64,000 nt of DNA from Octopus sinensis. Lineage: Eukaryota. Where the stretch lies: the NCBI RefSeq assembly GCF_006345805.1, contig NC_043001.1, forward strand, positions 111,786,001 through 111,850,000, read 5' to 3'. Positions 25,920 to 39,788 of this stretch are shown one piece after another; within the stretch, counting starts at the first letter, position 1; the number at the start of each line of letters is the position of its first letter. The notes below the pieces were generated by a model, which saw only the letters and a list, made by a program, of their open reading frames with translations, did not search any database and was not told where the DNA came from. Both the position numbers and the translations under genes were made by a program.

Positions 25920-25922
<3 letters not shown>
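25640..25922. mobile_element. MITE-like element with ~47-bp imperfect terminal inverted repeats
   Basis: 25640-25687 ATATAAAATACACTGTACATTTAAACACATTAAGAGACTTTCCATCAT versus the reverse complement of 25876-25922, ATATAAAATACAGTGAACATTTAAACACATTAAGAGCGTTCCATCAT. Confidence 0.7.
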
Positions 25923-26000
<78 letters not shown>

Positions 26001-26011
26001 ATCTATCTATC
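25920..26011. repeat. (TCTA)n microsatellite
   Basis: Direct inspection. Confidence 0.95.
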
Positions 26012-28387
26012 CATCGTTTTATCTACCAGTATATTATGTGTAGGTATGTATACCAGCGTATATTTATATCATAGGCAGAGTTTTAAATAAGGTTTACATC
26101 TGCTAATATTTCAGATGGATAACAACTACTCAGGGGGAAATATTTAATGATTTACATGGAGAATATAATACAGGAAGAAGAACAGAGAAAGGAAAACTTA
26201 ACCGAACTGCTCGTGCGTAGAGTAAATCAATGTGATCTACACAAAAATGATTTAGGAGTAGTTTTTAAAGAAAACAATTGGGTGTCAATACGGATATCGT
26301 TTGCAGATAGTAAAGTTCATTGGTATAACACTGCTGCCAATAATAATTTACGGGTTTATTTTCTTCTTTCATGAGTTGTTGTATATAATTTTTCTTATAT
26401 AATTTGTTCCTTGCTGGCGATCTATTGTTGTGGCTGACCTGTCAAAGCCAGCTGACATAGATCTTCAATCTCGTTTCCACTAATGTGTTACTCTCTTGTC
26501 TGTGAGATGCAAACGTACGATAATCTTTTTGAAGAACATACTTGGCTTTGTTTATATCTTCTTAGTTACATCACAAGCCGTGTGTGTAAACTTCACTAAC
26601 ACTTATATCACTCACAAACGACGTATATAGATAATTAAAACCGAAGGAATGAACAAGGTCGTTAGTAGATGACTAAATGTTGTAAGGCTAGTGTGGGCTT
26701 TTTATGTACTAGAAGGGAAAATCTGAGGTGTTGTATGCAAACATTAATTTCATGGACATAAGTGAGTCGTGGTAGAGAAAAACCTATTCGCAAATTCAAT
26801 GAGATGTGTATGTTTATGTTTGAGTGGCAAGAACAATAATTTGTGGAAAAAAATGTGTTATTAGTCCAGTGAACATGTATAATAAAGTATAAAGCTCATT
26901 CTTGATAAACTGGCTGGTATTCTTGATCCGTAATTCAATAGTCTTATATAACTATATTTGTGTATGATGCCACGTGCCTGAGTGCCTATGTACCACGCAA
27001 AAAGCCTACAGTTTCTGTAAATATGGTCATATACTGTAGATGACTAATATGCAAAAATGGCGGGTTATGTTAGTAGTTTAGTTGAGATAAACAATGCAGC
27101 GAGCTGAATAGCATGGGCTGCAAACTTTCTCTACTGATTCGTTATGTGTCCGAGATTCTATAGAAAGTGAAGTAATGCTATTATAAATGTAGCCATGAGC
27201 GGTATGTGATGGAAGTTATGCCAGGAACTTGAACCTAATGTTAAGATAGATTTAAAAATAACAACTGATATATGAAGGCACCATGTAGCGTAAAGCAAAT
27301 ACATAATGTGGTGAGCTTGCATGTACGTGTGTGGAGATCTCTTTACAGCCTCTGGCAAACGTATCGAGTGAGAAAGAGAATTCCTTTTATGTGTCTATGT
27401 TAGAACGTGTTCTGTGAATCTTCAGAGAGTAAGTCGAGTGAAAAAGAACGTTAAATTGTGAGTGCAAAATAAATCAACGTAAAATATATAAATCTAGAGA
27501 AAAAGGAAATACTACAAAAATACATGTTACTGGATGATAGAGCAGGGAACATGTGTATGCAGGTGCGTGTGTGAAACAATGGAAAAATTGGATGCAAGAA
27601 AAAAAAAATTGCCGAAAGAGAAAAGAAGTACAGATTACTTACAGAGTGGCAAACGAGAAAAATACTAGTTGAAGAGAAAAGTTGTAGTGAACAAAAATAA
27701 TTCCCACCCAAAAGAGGAAAACTTGACTGTTGCTGAACTGTTAAAAAAGAAATTGAATGAATGTAAGAAAAAGGAAAATTGTGCAAGATAGTTTATTACT
27801 TCCTGCAATGAAGAATGACTGCTGTTGGCTGGAAATGACATTAAGCAAAAGGATAAGGAAGAAAAATGCTTTCCCATCTTAGGTGACCGTTCGTCTTAAT
27901 CTTCATTTCGAAAGCGAGGAAAACATGGCGGTTGAATATGTTTTCTCGTGGATAATGAATTCAAAGTTTTAAGTTATTTTGAGTGGTAAAAGAATGACAC
28001 CTAGTCACTTTCGATTGTAGATCTGGGTATTTTGTGAACAAAAGTCTCATGTAGGTTGATACTGAGCTGAGTGGCAATGGTTCACTTAGCACTGTCCAAG
28101 TGGAAAGTGCAATATTGCGAAAAAGGGTCTGCCGGATAATTGTGGGGTTTCCAAATTTAAAGGAAATATATAAGAGTCCTTAAATCGTTGTTCCTTAGCA
28201 AAAATGACAGAGAGATCGAACGATAGCTGAGACTGTAAGAAGCTGTGTATTAGTTTAGAATTGTTCAAATTTAAGATGAGAAATTCTCGGAGCTCTCCAG
28301 AACAAATATTCAAGGATTACGTTGATGTAGCACATGACACAGTCAAAATCAAAGAGCGCATGCGTATAGCAAAATCATTTGGTGATT

Positions 28388-28826
28388 TATTCTTTTATTG
28401 GTTTCAGCCATTTGACTGCGGACATGCTGGAGCACCGCCTTTTGTTGAACAAATCGACCCGAGGACTTATTCGTTGTAAGCCTAGTACTTATTCTATCTG
28501 CTCTCTTTTACCGATCTGCTAAGTTACGGGGACGGAAACACACCTGCATCAGTTGTCAAGCGATGTTGGGGGACAAACACGGACACACAAACATATACAT
28601 ATATACATACATACATACATGCATACATACATACATACATGCATACATACATACATACATACATACATACGACGGGCTTCTTTTAGTTTCCGTCTACCAA
28701 GTCCACTCACAAGGGTTTGGTCAGCCCTAGGCTATAGTAGAAGACACTTGCCCAAGGTGCCACACAGTGGGACTGAACCCGGAACCATGTGGTTGGTAAG
28801 CAAGCTACTTACCACAGAGCCACTCC
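28388..28826 (-). mobile_element. SINE-A, full length with (CATA)n core
   Basis: Both halves match the other copies. Confidence 0.93.
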
Positions 28827-29368
28827 AGTGATTTTTTTTTGTTTCTCAGGTAGTCAAGTTTAAGAAATTAACAAAGCTAAAGATACAAGTGCCATGGTTT
28901 CTTTTCTTATTTGAGAAGTAATATAGTATCTTCTGCTGCTTTCTAGTGGTTCTTAGTCACGGTAGTTAGGATCTCGCTATTAACTTACCCAATATATCTT
29001 ATACTCAACTGCTAGATGCAAACAAATATAAGATGGTTTTTACTTAATAATTCATTTTCACGAATACGCTTTGTTTACGCCTTCTCTCGAGTGATACTGT
29101 TTTGAAAGAGATGCATAACCAAAGTGTGACAACACAATTTTATCCTAGGTGAATCACCTTGAAACAGGTTATTTTTCACGCGGTATTATTTGAAGAGTCA
29201 AACCACCGAACTCCAGTGAATATTTACCTTGTTGGACAGATTTGATTCTCATTCTATCTGTACCAGTAAATGCAGTGCCAGCAGTAAAAATAAAACTGCT
29301 ACTATATCATACACACACACACACACAAACACTCTGTCTTTCTATTTCTCTGTCTATCTGTCTCTATC

Positions 29369-29401
<33 letters not shown>

Positions 29402-29823
29402 TTCACTCTCTCTCTCACACACAGTGCAATTTAATACACATGTAATGATATACAAGAAATACATGCAGAAATGCAACCCTTAATGTCAAGAACCAAGATA
29501 AATAACATTCTTTTAACCAGACACAAAGGCTCTGGGTAGCATGGAATATTTGAATTAGAGACTTCCATTAGAAAACATGTTCAAAGAAAGACTATATGGA
29601 ATGTATATATTTATTTTAATCGATTTAGATTGAGTTATTTACCATGTGTCATATTGTTTAAACATTTCATATGTATCTCTAAATTATCGATTTGAAAATA
29701 TATATTCTTTATATTTCATTTAGTTTTACCATTGACTGGCGAAATATGTATTATTTCCAAGAAATGGTTATTCCTACCATTAACTTATATATGTATGTGA
29801 GAGTATGTATGTATGTAGTATAT

Positions 29824-29872
<49 letters not shown>

Positions 29873-31665
29873 TTCATCATGCTGGTATGTTCATTCCTCT
29901 CTTACCGCTGCTACGCAGGATATTTGCATGATTTCATGAATAATTATTTGCATGTTCCTATATTTTAACTATAGCTTGCACCATCACTAAAAAACCAAAA
30001 GCATTAAGTTTGCAAACTATTATAGAACTATGCATGTCTTTCTCTACTAACAGTTCAATATTCCCAACCACAACCACGCCTATTTACACAGTCAGTGACG
30101 CCTACTTATCCATGCTCAAACCCGGTTTACCTGTTATCCATATATGCACCTATAATGTCATAAGTACTTATGAAAACACATTTATATATCAAAATTCATT
30201 TATAAATAAAAAAATGGTTAGAGCGTCGGGCTCACAATCATGAGGTATCGAGTTCGAAACAATGTATTTCCAGATATTTCAATTATAGTAATATTGTGAT
30301 ATTACAATATGTAGTCGTGAAATATCATATTAGTCACATAATTTCAGTGAAATCCTTCTCTAAAATTACATTCATCGTTTAGTATTCATTATTTACAAAC
30401 ACATTTACTGGAAAAATACCTAATTCAATTTATTTTCACCCATGATACTGTTTACTGTTTAAAATAATGTTCAAAACGACATAAACAACGCATAATAGGT
30501 TGTTACCTATATTCGTTGCATAAAATATTTTTTTCTTTATATTCACTTAAAATACAACAGTATTTCTAAAAAGAAAAATTAGGCAAACAAAATCACAATT
30601 CATCCATTTATCGAAAAACTTTTCCAAGTTGTACATCTCCAAAATTGCATCTACCATAACAAAAGTCATAAACGATCGCGATTTTTTTTCCTTTCCGTGT
30701 GTTTACAAAAATGCATAAAATTCGTCTTAATGTCGTATGATTGAAAGAAAACAGTTGGTTTCGACCGACATCCTACTTTAACCAAACCAAGAATTTAGAC
30801 TAAACAACAGACCAAAAGAACGAATAGGAAAATAATAATTTCTATAAAAATTTGTTTGAAATATATGGGCCATATTTTCTTTTTATTTGTACTATTCATT
30901 CTAACTTAATATATTTACTGAGATTCAGGCCAACATGATAAACATGTAACTTTCATGGTTCTACTCACGAACATAATTTTTTAGAAAATATTTCACCAAT
31001 TGAAGAAAATATTTATTGAGAAATACATTATTGAAATTTCCATCTTGAAGTCTTTGTCTAAGAATTTAACAATTTACTGAATTAAATATTTCACCTGTCC
31101 GGTTTCTTTGTACACAATATGCAACATTAAATAACACGGCTTTATTTTCGCTACTGTTTATAACACCTATTATAATATTATCATACTTTATGGTTGGTTT
31201 TATGCTAATGTAAAAGAGCAAACTGTATAAATCGTGACCGAAGACAACAAGTATATTGCTAGTTTGTTTCTTTTCACAGTAAATAACCGCAATTGACTTT
31301 CTAAGGCATTTATTATGGGAACATATACAATGCATTCGTATTCACGTTTTAGTAAAATATGATATTATGTGTGCGAGGTTAGTATAGCTGTAACAGAAAG
31401 CACAGCATAATGTGCATAAAAAGTTAGTTGTAATCAAACAAAAATGCATCGTGCGAACTTTTATGTAGACGTAACTTTGTATCAAACTTACGATCAACAA
31501 TTCATTCTATGTTCGTATACGGGCATTCACTGTCTTCAAAACACAAAACTAGTTTCAAATAAATGATTTTCCTTAATAAATAATACAACAAATAGAAATC
31601 TCAAGTTGCAGTAACAAACCATTTTTGACAACGAAGTCATTGTATTCAGAGCACTGTGAGGTATA

Positions 31666-31807
<142 letters not shown>

Positions 31808-32265
31808 GCATTCGGTGCGAATGGTTTTGATATACGGCTCCGAGTATTACAATCCTGTAAATAATAATAATGGTATTTTTATATAAGCTTAAAGCTTATG
31901 GCGATCACCGTGCAATGACTAAGGAAAATAATCAAATAAAGGGGCATATAAACCCAAAATGATTTCGTTTTTCTTTCCTCCAGTAACGAAGCATTTCCTC
32001 ACAACTGTAACACAATATCGGGAGACCATCTCTTGTATTGTTCGCCGAGGGGAACATGAACATAAGCTTCCCTCGCAAGCGATTTTATATTGCACCTTCG
32101 GGAAAAAAAATGTGGGCTGCAGCCACATAGCTAATAGAATGTGCCAGGCTTATCTACCATTTATATCGATTAAAGAATCCACGGTCATACCTGAAACAAA
32201 AGAAAACAGGTCGTATTTTTGTGCGCCCCAGCATGACCGCCGCTTTAAAGCTGACAAAAGAATAT

Positions 32266-32485
32266 TGAAGGAGGCGCAGACCGGGCGTTGTGTGTGCTTA
32301 TTGAGTGAAAACACCCAAAACTCCACGAGTTTCGCCCCAACTTTCTATCACTCTTTCTTCCTGTTTCTTGAGTAATGCTGCGATGGACTGGCGTCCCGTC
32401 CAGCTGCTGGGAACACACACGCCATAGAAACCGGGAAACCGGGCCCGTGAGCCTGGCTAGGCTTGAAAATGGCGCATAAAAAAAA
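32266..32485 (+). mobile_element. SINE with head D (internally deleted) + tail Z
   Basis: GGAGGCGCAG|ACCGGGCGTTGTG..CTTCCTGTTTCT matches 41591-41785 except for two deletions. Tail GCTGCGATGGACTGGCGTCCCGTCCAG..AGAAACCGGG resembles conserved central domains of metazoan tRNA-SINEs (V/Meta type; recalled, not searched). Confidence 0.8.
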
Positions 32486-33068
32486 CTATTGAAAATTAAT
32501 GTGCTTTTTTTAATACAGCCTAATTAATCTAAAGTTAAGGTAGATCTAAATTACAATGGGTATCGTCTTTGGCAGAAATCATGTTCCAAATTTCATGATT
32601 AGTAGAGCACGTGATGGAAAGCCTAGTTTAGATTTGAAATTAGCATTGAAAATAATTACATGGAATCAGTTGAAAAGTCTCATGCCACAAGTACTAAGAA
32701 AGAATTTCCCCAGTGTAATCAGTGTGTATCATTAATCAAATCCCAATGAAACAAACCAATTTCATTCACATCCTAAGCTGCAGAAAACGCATAAATTTCA
32801 CAGCAAAATGTAATACTTAGAATGTGAGCCACTGTTTTTTTTTTATGTTTATATATTTATTCATAAACTACTATAACAATAATCGTACATATTTGTGTGA
32901 GTTTGTGTGAGTTTACGAACGCAGGTTTTACATGCATTGTGAAAATATGGTTGCACGTATTTTTTATAATTTTAAATTTTTGAATTTTTATTTTTTATGA
33001 TTTTTTCTGTCTATTAGAGTAACTTCCCTTTTCTTCCACGGTTTTTTTTTCATAGTGTCTATGGTCAA

Positions 33069-33129
33069 AATAGCCGATGAAAATGCATCGTAGATCTTAC
33101 CTCCTGCATTTGAAACTCTGAGTCCTATT
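33069..33129 (+). ncRNA. Minimal type I hammerhead ribozyme fold (U4C core variant)
   Basis: AATAG-CCGATGA-AAATGC[19 nt]GCATTT-GAAA-CTC-T-GAG-TC^CTATT: helix I 5 bp, helix II 6 bp, quasi-palindromic helix III, GUC cleavage triplet (cut after 33124). Confidence 0.72.
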
Positions 33130-33225
33130 ATGACAACTTACGAAATATCCTATATTATACATATATAAATTCCTCTATTTACATAATATTGAGGTCTCTT
33201 TCTTTCGTTGTCAATTTATTATTAT
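33069..33225 (+). mobile_element. Solo terminal repeat (pLTR) of the PLE-2 family
   Basis: AATTCCTCTATTTACATAATATTGAGGTCTCTTTCTTTC is essentially identical to the reverse complement of ~63413-63452, downstream of the PLE-2 ORF. Confidence 0.82.
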
Positions 33226-33230
33226 TATTA

Positions 33231-33299
<69 letters not shown>

Positions 33300-33392
33300 G
33301 TAAATATATATGTATATATATATATGTATGTGTGTGTGTGTGTGTGTTTGTGTGTGTGCGTGCGTGTGTGTGTATGTGTTTGTATGTGTGTG

Positions 33393-33590
33393 TCTGTGTT
33401 TGCCACCCAACATCACTTGAAAACCGTTGCTGGTGTGTCTACGTCCCCGTAACTTAGCGCTTCGGCGCAAAAGAAACCGATAGAATAACCGATAGCTTAC
33501 AAAGAATAAGTTCTGGGGTCGATTTCTTCGCGTAAAAGCGGTGCCCCAGCATGGCCGCAGTCAATTGACCGAAACAAGTAAAAGAGTATA
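33393..33590 (+). mobile_element. SINE-A 3' half
   Basis: Matches the family tail. Confidence 0.9.
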
Positions 33591-33885
33591 CATGCACACA
33601 TACATACATATATACATACATACACATAATACATACATACATACATACATAAATGTATACATACATACATACATACACACACTCATAGATACATACATAC
33701 ACACATACATACATACATACATACATACACACACACATACATACATACATACATGCATACATACATACATACATACATGCATACATACATACATACATAC
33801 ATATATATATTAGACAAAATGAGATTACAAAGCCAAGGCTGTGAGGAGTTTTCAGGATATTTATAAGGAAAAATATATAGAAATA

Positions 33886-33925
33886 GTCTTACAGCTGATA
33901 TTATGGATATCCCCTCGTCAGAGAC
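33886..33925 (-). ncRNA. Broken hammerhead motif (GAAA segment missing)
   Basis: Minus strand GTCT-CTGACGA-GGGGATAT-CCATA-ATATC-[no GAAA]-AGCTG-TA^AGAC: helix I GTCT/AGAC, intact CUGANGA, palindromic CAGCTG. Confidence 0.45.
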
Positions 33926-34635
33926 GACATGGGATGGTTAAACAGAGGGAAAAGTTTGAGTTCGAAATAAGGAGTTAGAGGGAAATAAGAGAATGAAAGT
34001 TGAAATACACACACACATACACACACACACACGATATATGACATATGTGCATATGTGTGTATCTGTGTGTCTGTGTGTCTGTATTATTATTATTTCTCAA
34101 GAATTTTTCCTCCGTATTTATTGCTTTGTTGGCTCGGATGTGAACAAGGGTGTATGACTTAAAGAAGGCCTAATGATATCTTAATGAGTTTTAAATGCGA
34201 TCCGTGTGTTACGGTAATCGAAAGCATTTAATGTTCTTTATTGAATCCCATTTGCGATTTACAATTGAGGAGTGGTTTTATCTGACTTGAAGCTGTACTT
34301 AATACCGGATTTGCTGATGCTTCAGTTCTTGATGAAGCAAAGCATTCCAGTACAATGAACATTAATCTTTGATGATAATATTTGAATGTTTTTCAAAGAG
34401 TAAGAAGTGGTTATCTCTCAAAATGCAATTGTTTATTCTCTGTTTCTTGTTGGCACTCAAAAATGACTGAAACAGCGACAGAGAACTTCATAAAGCTTTG
34501 ATGTGTTTTTATTGACCGGTACACTCGTACGTTGCCGATTTAATTGACATCAAAATTTTAAAGTTTGTGTTATTAACATAATTGCACACACACACAAACT
34601 TGTCCATATGCCAGAGTATATATGTAAATATATGA

Positions 34636-34703
<68 letters not shown>

Positions 34704-35584
34704 GTGTGTGTGTGTGTGTGTGCGTGCGTGTGTGTGTGTGTGTGTGTGTGCATATGCGCACTCTTATTCTATCTCTTTTCTGTCTATCTTTCTCTCTCTT
34801 CCTTTCTGTATTTCTCTCTCACTCTTTCCCTATTCTTCTCCTTTCCCCTTCACCGTTTCCTCTCTCTCTCTCTCACTCCTCCTCCTTGACTGTCTCGTTG
34901 CTGAAACGTGACCAACGGCCATTCTCTCTTTCTACCACGTGTTTTATATGTCTCTTCTCAAAGCTCGTTTTCCCACCGTTCACCACTTCCCATCGTCTTA
35001 GCTTAACAGCCCTCACCGTTTGTTTTTACTGTTTTGTTCTCACTGTCCTGTTTTTGTTACCGTTTTCACCCTCCGCAAAAAAATCTCAAATTTTATTTAA
35101 TTTGCTTTGCGGGAAGGCATCTTTTAACGAAGTCGCATCTTGTCCTTACTTTCTTAACACGTGGTAGATGAAACAGGAGACAAGTGATGAAGGGAATATT
35201 CTTTATGTTGCATATCTCGTTTCTCTGTTTGTTTTTCTCGTTGTTCGAAAATGTTCGTTTTCCATGTTTTTGTTTTTATGTTCTCGTTTCTCATTCTTCC
35301 ACGTTTGTTTATGTCCTGTACCCATATATGCATGTATATATGCATATATATGTAGGTATGTATGTATATATACATATACACGCGCAGTACGTATATCTCC
35401 GAAAGTAAACGTTATGTCGTTAAAAATCTCCCGCTCTCTTTTAATGACATTCCTTCTGGAAATATAATCTCAATACTTAATTGCAAAACATAAATGTTCA
35501 ACATTGTCGAGGAAGCTATAAAAGTTTAATTTCCACAATGTGCCTACCTTGATGTGTGACACACTCTCCCTCATTCTCTCTCTT

Positions 35585-35620
<36 letters not shown>

Positions 35621-35728
35621 CTCTGTATATATGCATATATATATAATGATTGAACAAACACTCACATACAGGTATGTAGCATATAGATATATGTAAGTTA
35701 TGTATGTGTGGGTACATATATATATATA

Positions 35729-35932
35729 TTCTTTTATTCTTTTATTCTTATATTCGCTTACTTGTTTCAGTCATTTGACTGCGGCGATACTGGAGCTCCA
35801 CCTCAAATCAACCCCAGGACTTATTCGTATTTTTGTAAGCCTAGTACTTATTCTATCGGTGTCTTTTGCCGAACCGTTAAGTCACGGGGACGTAAACACA
35901 CTAACATCGGTTGTCGATCGATTGTGGGTGAC
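35729..35932 (-). mobile_element. SINE-A 3' half
   Basis: Matches the family tail. Confidence 0.88.
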
Positions 35933-37179
35933 CAGATACATATACAAATAACCGAATATGACCCTAATAAAACATATTGTCTTCCTTTCTAAATAAGAGA
36001 TATATATTTTATGTATTTTATATACGACAGTGTGATCATTGAGGGGAATTTAGTTGATGTTAATGGCAAATCAAGGACCATATAGAAAATCCCCAACTGA
36101 TCCTTTCAGATAATTAAACGCATTATAGTGTAGAATGGAGCAGTGCTTTGTGTGGTGTGTATATGAATGAGAAGACAATGGAATTTAGAAAATGCAGAAC
36201 ATAATGTAAAATGATGTGCAACATCAAAGTTTGTTGGTGATTCGTAATTAAAATCCTGCTGTTTATTCCCCTCCTGGGCCACTAAAAGACTCACCAGTAA
36301 TTTGTTATAATCAACTATTCCCGAAAACATGTCATGAATTAACATTTCGTTTTCGTATATGAACACGAAATTGTTACTAATGCTAATCAATTCGGAAGTG
36401 ATCGATATAAGCGCACTTTTTTTTCATACAAGGCAGATTTCGTTGGTTCAAACCTTTTGCAATTATTTTGTTACAGTATGTACCACATTAGCATATCTTT
36501 ATTAGCCAAAGGTGTTCTCTCTTTATCGTGTTTGTATATCTTCTTTGTGCAGTGGTGTTGTTCAACGTTTTATTACGTTAGGATAACATTCTAATATAGT
36601 GATGTTTTACTCCTTATCACATTTGGCTATCTTCCTTATCAAAGGATATTTTACACTTTATCATATTAGATTACATTCTTTATTCAGCGACGTTTTTACT
36701 TTTTATCATCTGAGGGTATTTTCACCATCATGTGGTGTGTTGTTATCGTTACTACGTCATTGTAGCTTCCTTATCCACTATTATTATATTAGTGTTTTTT
36801 TTTATCTAATGGTGGCTTTTTAAAAATATTTTTTCTGTTAGATTAACTTCATTGTTCAGTAGTGTTTTATTCCTTATTATTTAAAGAATTCTCCTTTTTT
36901 TTCTCGTCCAGATGCTTTTATATTTACCACGTCGTATTTTCGTCAATGTTCATACGTATTTTATACATTTATCAGATATAAAAAGAAAATGAAACGGACA
37001 GTATGACATTTTTTGAATTTCTTACAGACATACATGTTGATTGTGAACTAAATTTGCTTTAACAAAATCAACATTCAATTAGGATTTGACAGTAATTTGC
37101 GACTCATCGTTTATTATCCACTAAAATTGTCCCTATTATTTCTATGATTCTTATAAACGCCAGCTTCTTATCAAAGTTC

Positions 37180-37388
37180 TGCATAGCAGAATCTTTACCA
37201 AGTCTAACAATTGCTAAGCACATTTCTTCCGTTTCGCGCTCTGAGTTCAAATTCCACCGGACTCGTCTTAGCCTTCCATCCTTTCTGCTTCAAATAAATA
37301 TGTACCAGTCAAATATTAAGGTTGATGTAATCGGCTAACCCCCTACCCACATATTTCGGGCCTTGTGTCTATTGTAGAAAGAATTATT
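37180..37388 (+). mobile_element. Old SINE-B
   Basis: ctctgagttcaaattccaccgg..gccttccatccttt..gatgtaatcggct. Confidence 0.7.
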
Positions 37389-38642
37389 TCAATATATGAA
37401 ACAGTTTTGATATTTCAATGTCAGATTCGCAAAACTTTCGTAGTAAAAGTTTAATATTAAAATATAAAATCGATCCACATTCTAAGGGATATCTGCAGGC
37501 TGGTGCTTAATCCTGTTATTTATTTAGTTTGTTCCATAAATTTGTCGGAGAAAGAGAGATATTTCGATGGCAATAATGTTAAATTTGATGCTTCGTGTGT
37601 TAATATTTGCTCGAAAAGCCTAAGAGAGTTGGAGTTTGTAGATGATTGAAGTCCTGGGAAGACTCTGTTGGGTGAGATGTTTAACACAAGGTGTAAGATG
37701 GACACTCACAATTTCAAGGATGTGGAAGAAATATATAGAGAGAAATTGGTACTTTACTTGAGTAAAAGATACATGTCGCCAACTAGCCGGAGACTGAAAG
37801 AACTATTGTTGCAGTGATAAAAAGGACAAATATGTGAAAATGGGAATATGTGAACAGGGATTGCAGACTGATAGTTATTGATTAATTGCCAAACTGTTGT
37901 ATGATCAGTATACAATGGATGTGGAGGCAGCAGCGGTGGTGGAGACAGAGGCAGCGGCAGAGGCAACAGCAGCAGTAGCAGCAGCATCCCATACCCGGTG
38001 ACTTATGGCTTACCGTGAGTTTTACTTGAGTCACTTGTAGGTAGCCATTGACTAATGGGAGTTGAAATATTTTCTGGCACTAAAGGGGGACCCTAGCCTT
38101 TCAGAAGTGGTTTTAGTTCTGTTAAACATATGGGCTCACAATAGGAAACAACGAGGAGATCAAGAGTTGACGAGGCAGCTTCTATATGGTTTCTTGCTGA
38201 GCTAGAAATCGCAGCCAAACTACATTTCAGTCACACTCTGCGGTCATAAAAATTGACAATTTAGATACTGTATACGTGGGTCCCGTATACACAGGAAACA
38301 ATAGGAGGTCCTTGGCCGGGGTACATTTGATCTGCACGATCTGGGTGGATTTTGTGCCAAACAACTACCACAACAGCATTAGAGGAATCATTCCTTTATG
38401 GCATGATGATAATTATAACAAGAGCACCCAGAGAACGCAAATCTCCACCAAGACAACACCTACGACCTCTTAACGATTAACCAGAGGTTATTTTTAAAAT
38501 GAGAATATCTGAAATAAACTCGACTGCTCTCACAAACGACAATACTAAAAATGAACCCGACCGCTCTCAACAATTAAGTAACAAAGAAAGGGAAAAAATA
38601 TCCAGAATGCATGTCCGGTACCGAACCGATCCCAAAATAATA

Positions 38643-38838
38643 ACTGTTAGCACGTTGGGCAAAATGATTAGCGGCATTCTGTCCATTTTTATGTTCTGAG
38701 TTCAAATTCCACCGAGGTCGACTTTGCCTTTCATCTCTTTCGAGGTCGATAAAATAAGTACCAGTTAAACACTGGGGTCGAGCAATCGGCTTAATCCCGG
38801 CCATAAAATTGCTAGCTTAGTACCAAAAATTGAAATAA
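38643..38838 (+). mobile_element. SINE-B (older tail variant)
   Basis: tgttctgagttcaaattccaccgaggtcgactttgcctttcatc..ggtcgataaaataagtaccagtt. Confidence 0.85.
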
Positions 38839-38936
38839 TTTCTTACAGCTACGTTTGTGCTTCGAGATATACTATCCAAAGAAGATCTTTTTCACGTCCT
38901 CTTGAAACTTTATGAAATTCCTGTGACATTAGTATG

Positions 38937-38976
<40 letters not shown>

Positions 38977-39481
38977 AAATAACTTACAACAGCTAGATTC
39001 TCATTTAAAGACTATTTAGTTATTATTTCTAGCAATGCGCGCAACAGCATACAGGCATCGTCATCTCTTCGTTGACGTTCTCGGCGTCGATGTCGACGTT
39101 GTTGTCAGTGAATTTCTTATGCTAATTCTTCTGCTTGCTGTCAGAGTTGCCTATGTATTTCACGTATCACCTGCCCATGCCTAGACGGCTTACGTGATGT
39201 ACTCTTAGTGCATTGAATCTTACGCTGTTTTAATCTGTCAAACCAAATACTCTTATAGTGCCAATCCAACTTAAGAATGTAAAGTCTTATTAACATTTCG
39301 CGGAAAATCTTCATCATAAACCAAGTAAAACCGCTTTCCTTAGTTTTTAAATTTACAAGTCCACCGATCTCTCCCTCAATTTCTGTATATCAATGCTTAT
39401 TTATGCATGTATAAATACGTATCTATCTGTACGTGCATATATATCTTATTGTATCAGTAGGTGTGCATGCATATATTAATG

Positions 39482-39537
<56 letters not shown>

Positions 39538-39539
<2 letters not shown>

Positions 39540-39765
39540 TATTTTATTCTTTTATTGGTTTATTCTTTCAGTCACCCGACTTCGGCCATGCTGGAGCATC
39601 GCCTTTAGTCGAACAAGTCGACCCCCAGGACTTATTCCTCGCCAACCCGCTACTTTGTCTATCGGTCCCATTTGCCGAACCGCCAAGCTCCGGGGACGTA
39701 AACACACCAGCATCGGCTGTCAAACGATGGCGGGGTGGGGGTGGAGGACAAACACAGAGAGGCAC
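39538..39765 (-). mobile_element. SINE-A 3' half, interrupted by the mariner derivative
   Basis: Matches the family tail; ends in the TA-rich core where the mariner begins. Confidence 0.88.
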
Positions 39766-39788
39766 ACGCACATTTATATATATATGTA

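Noticed and set aside
38267-38289. TGTATACG-TGGGTCC-CGTATACA hairpin
   Set aside because: An 8-bp stem is expected by chance at this window size.
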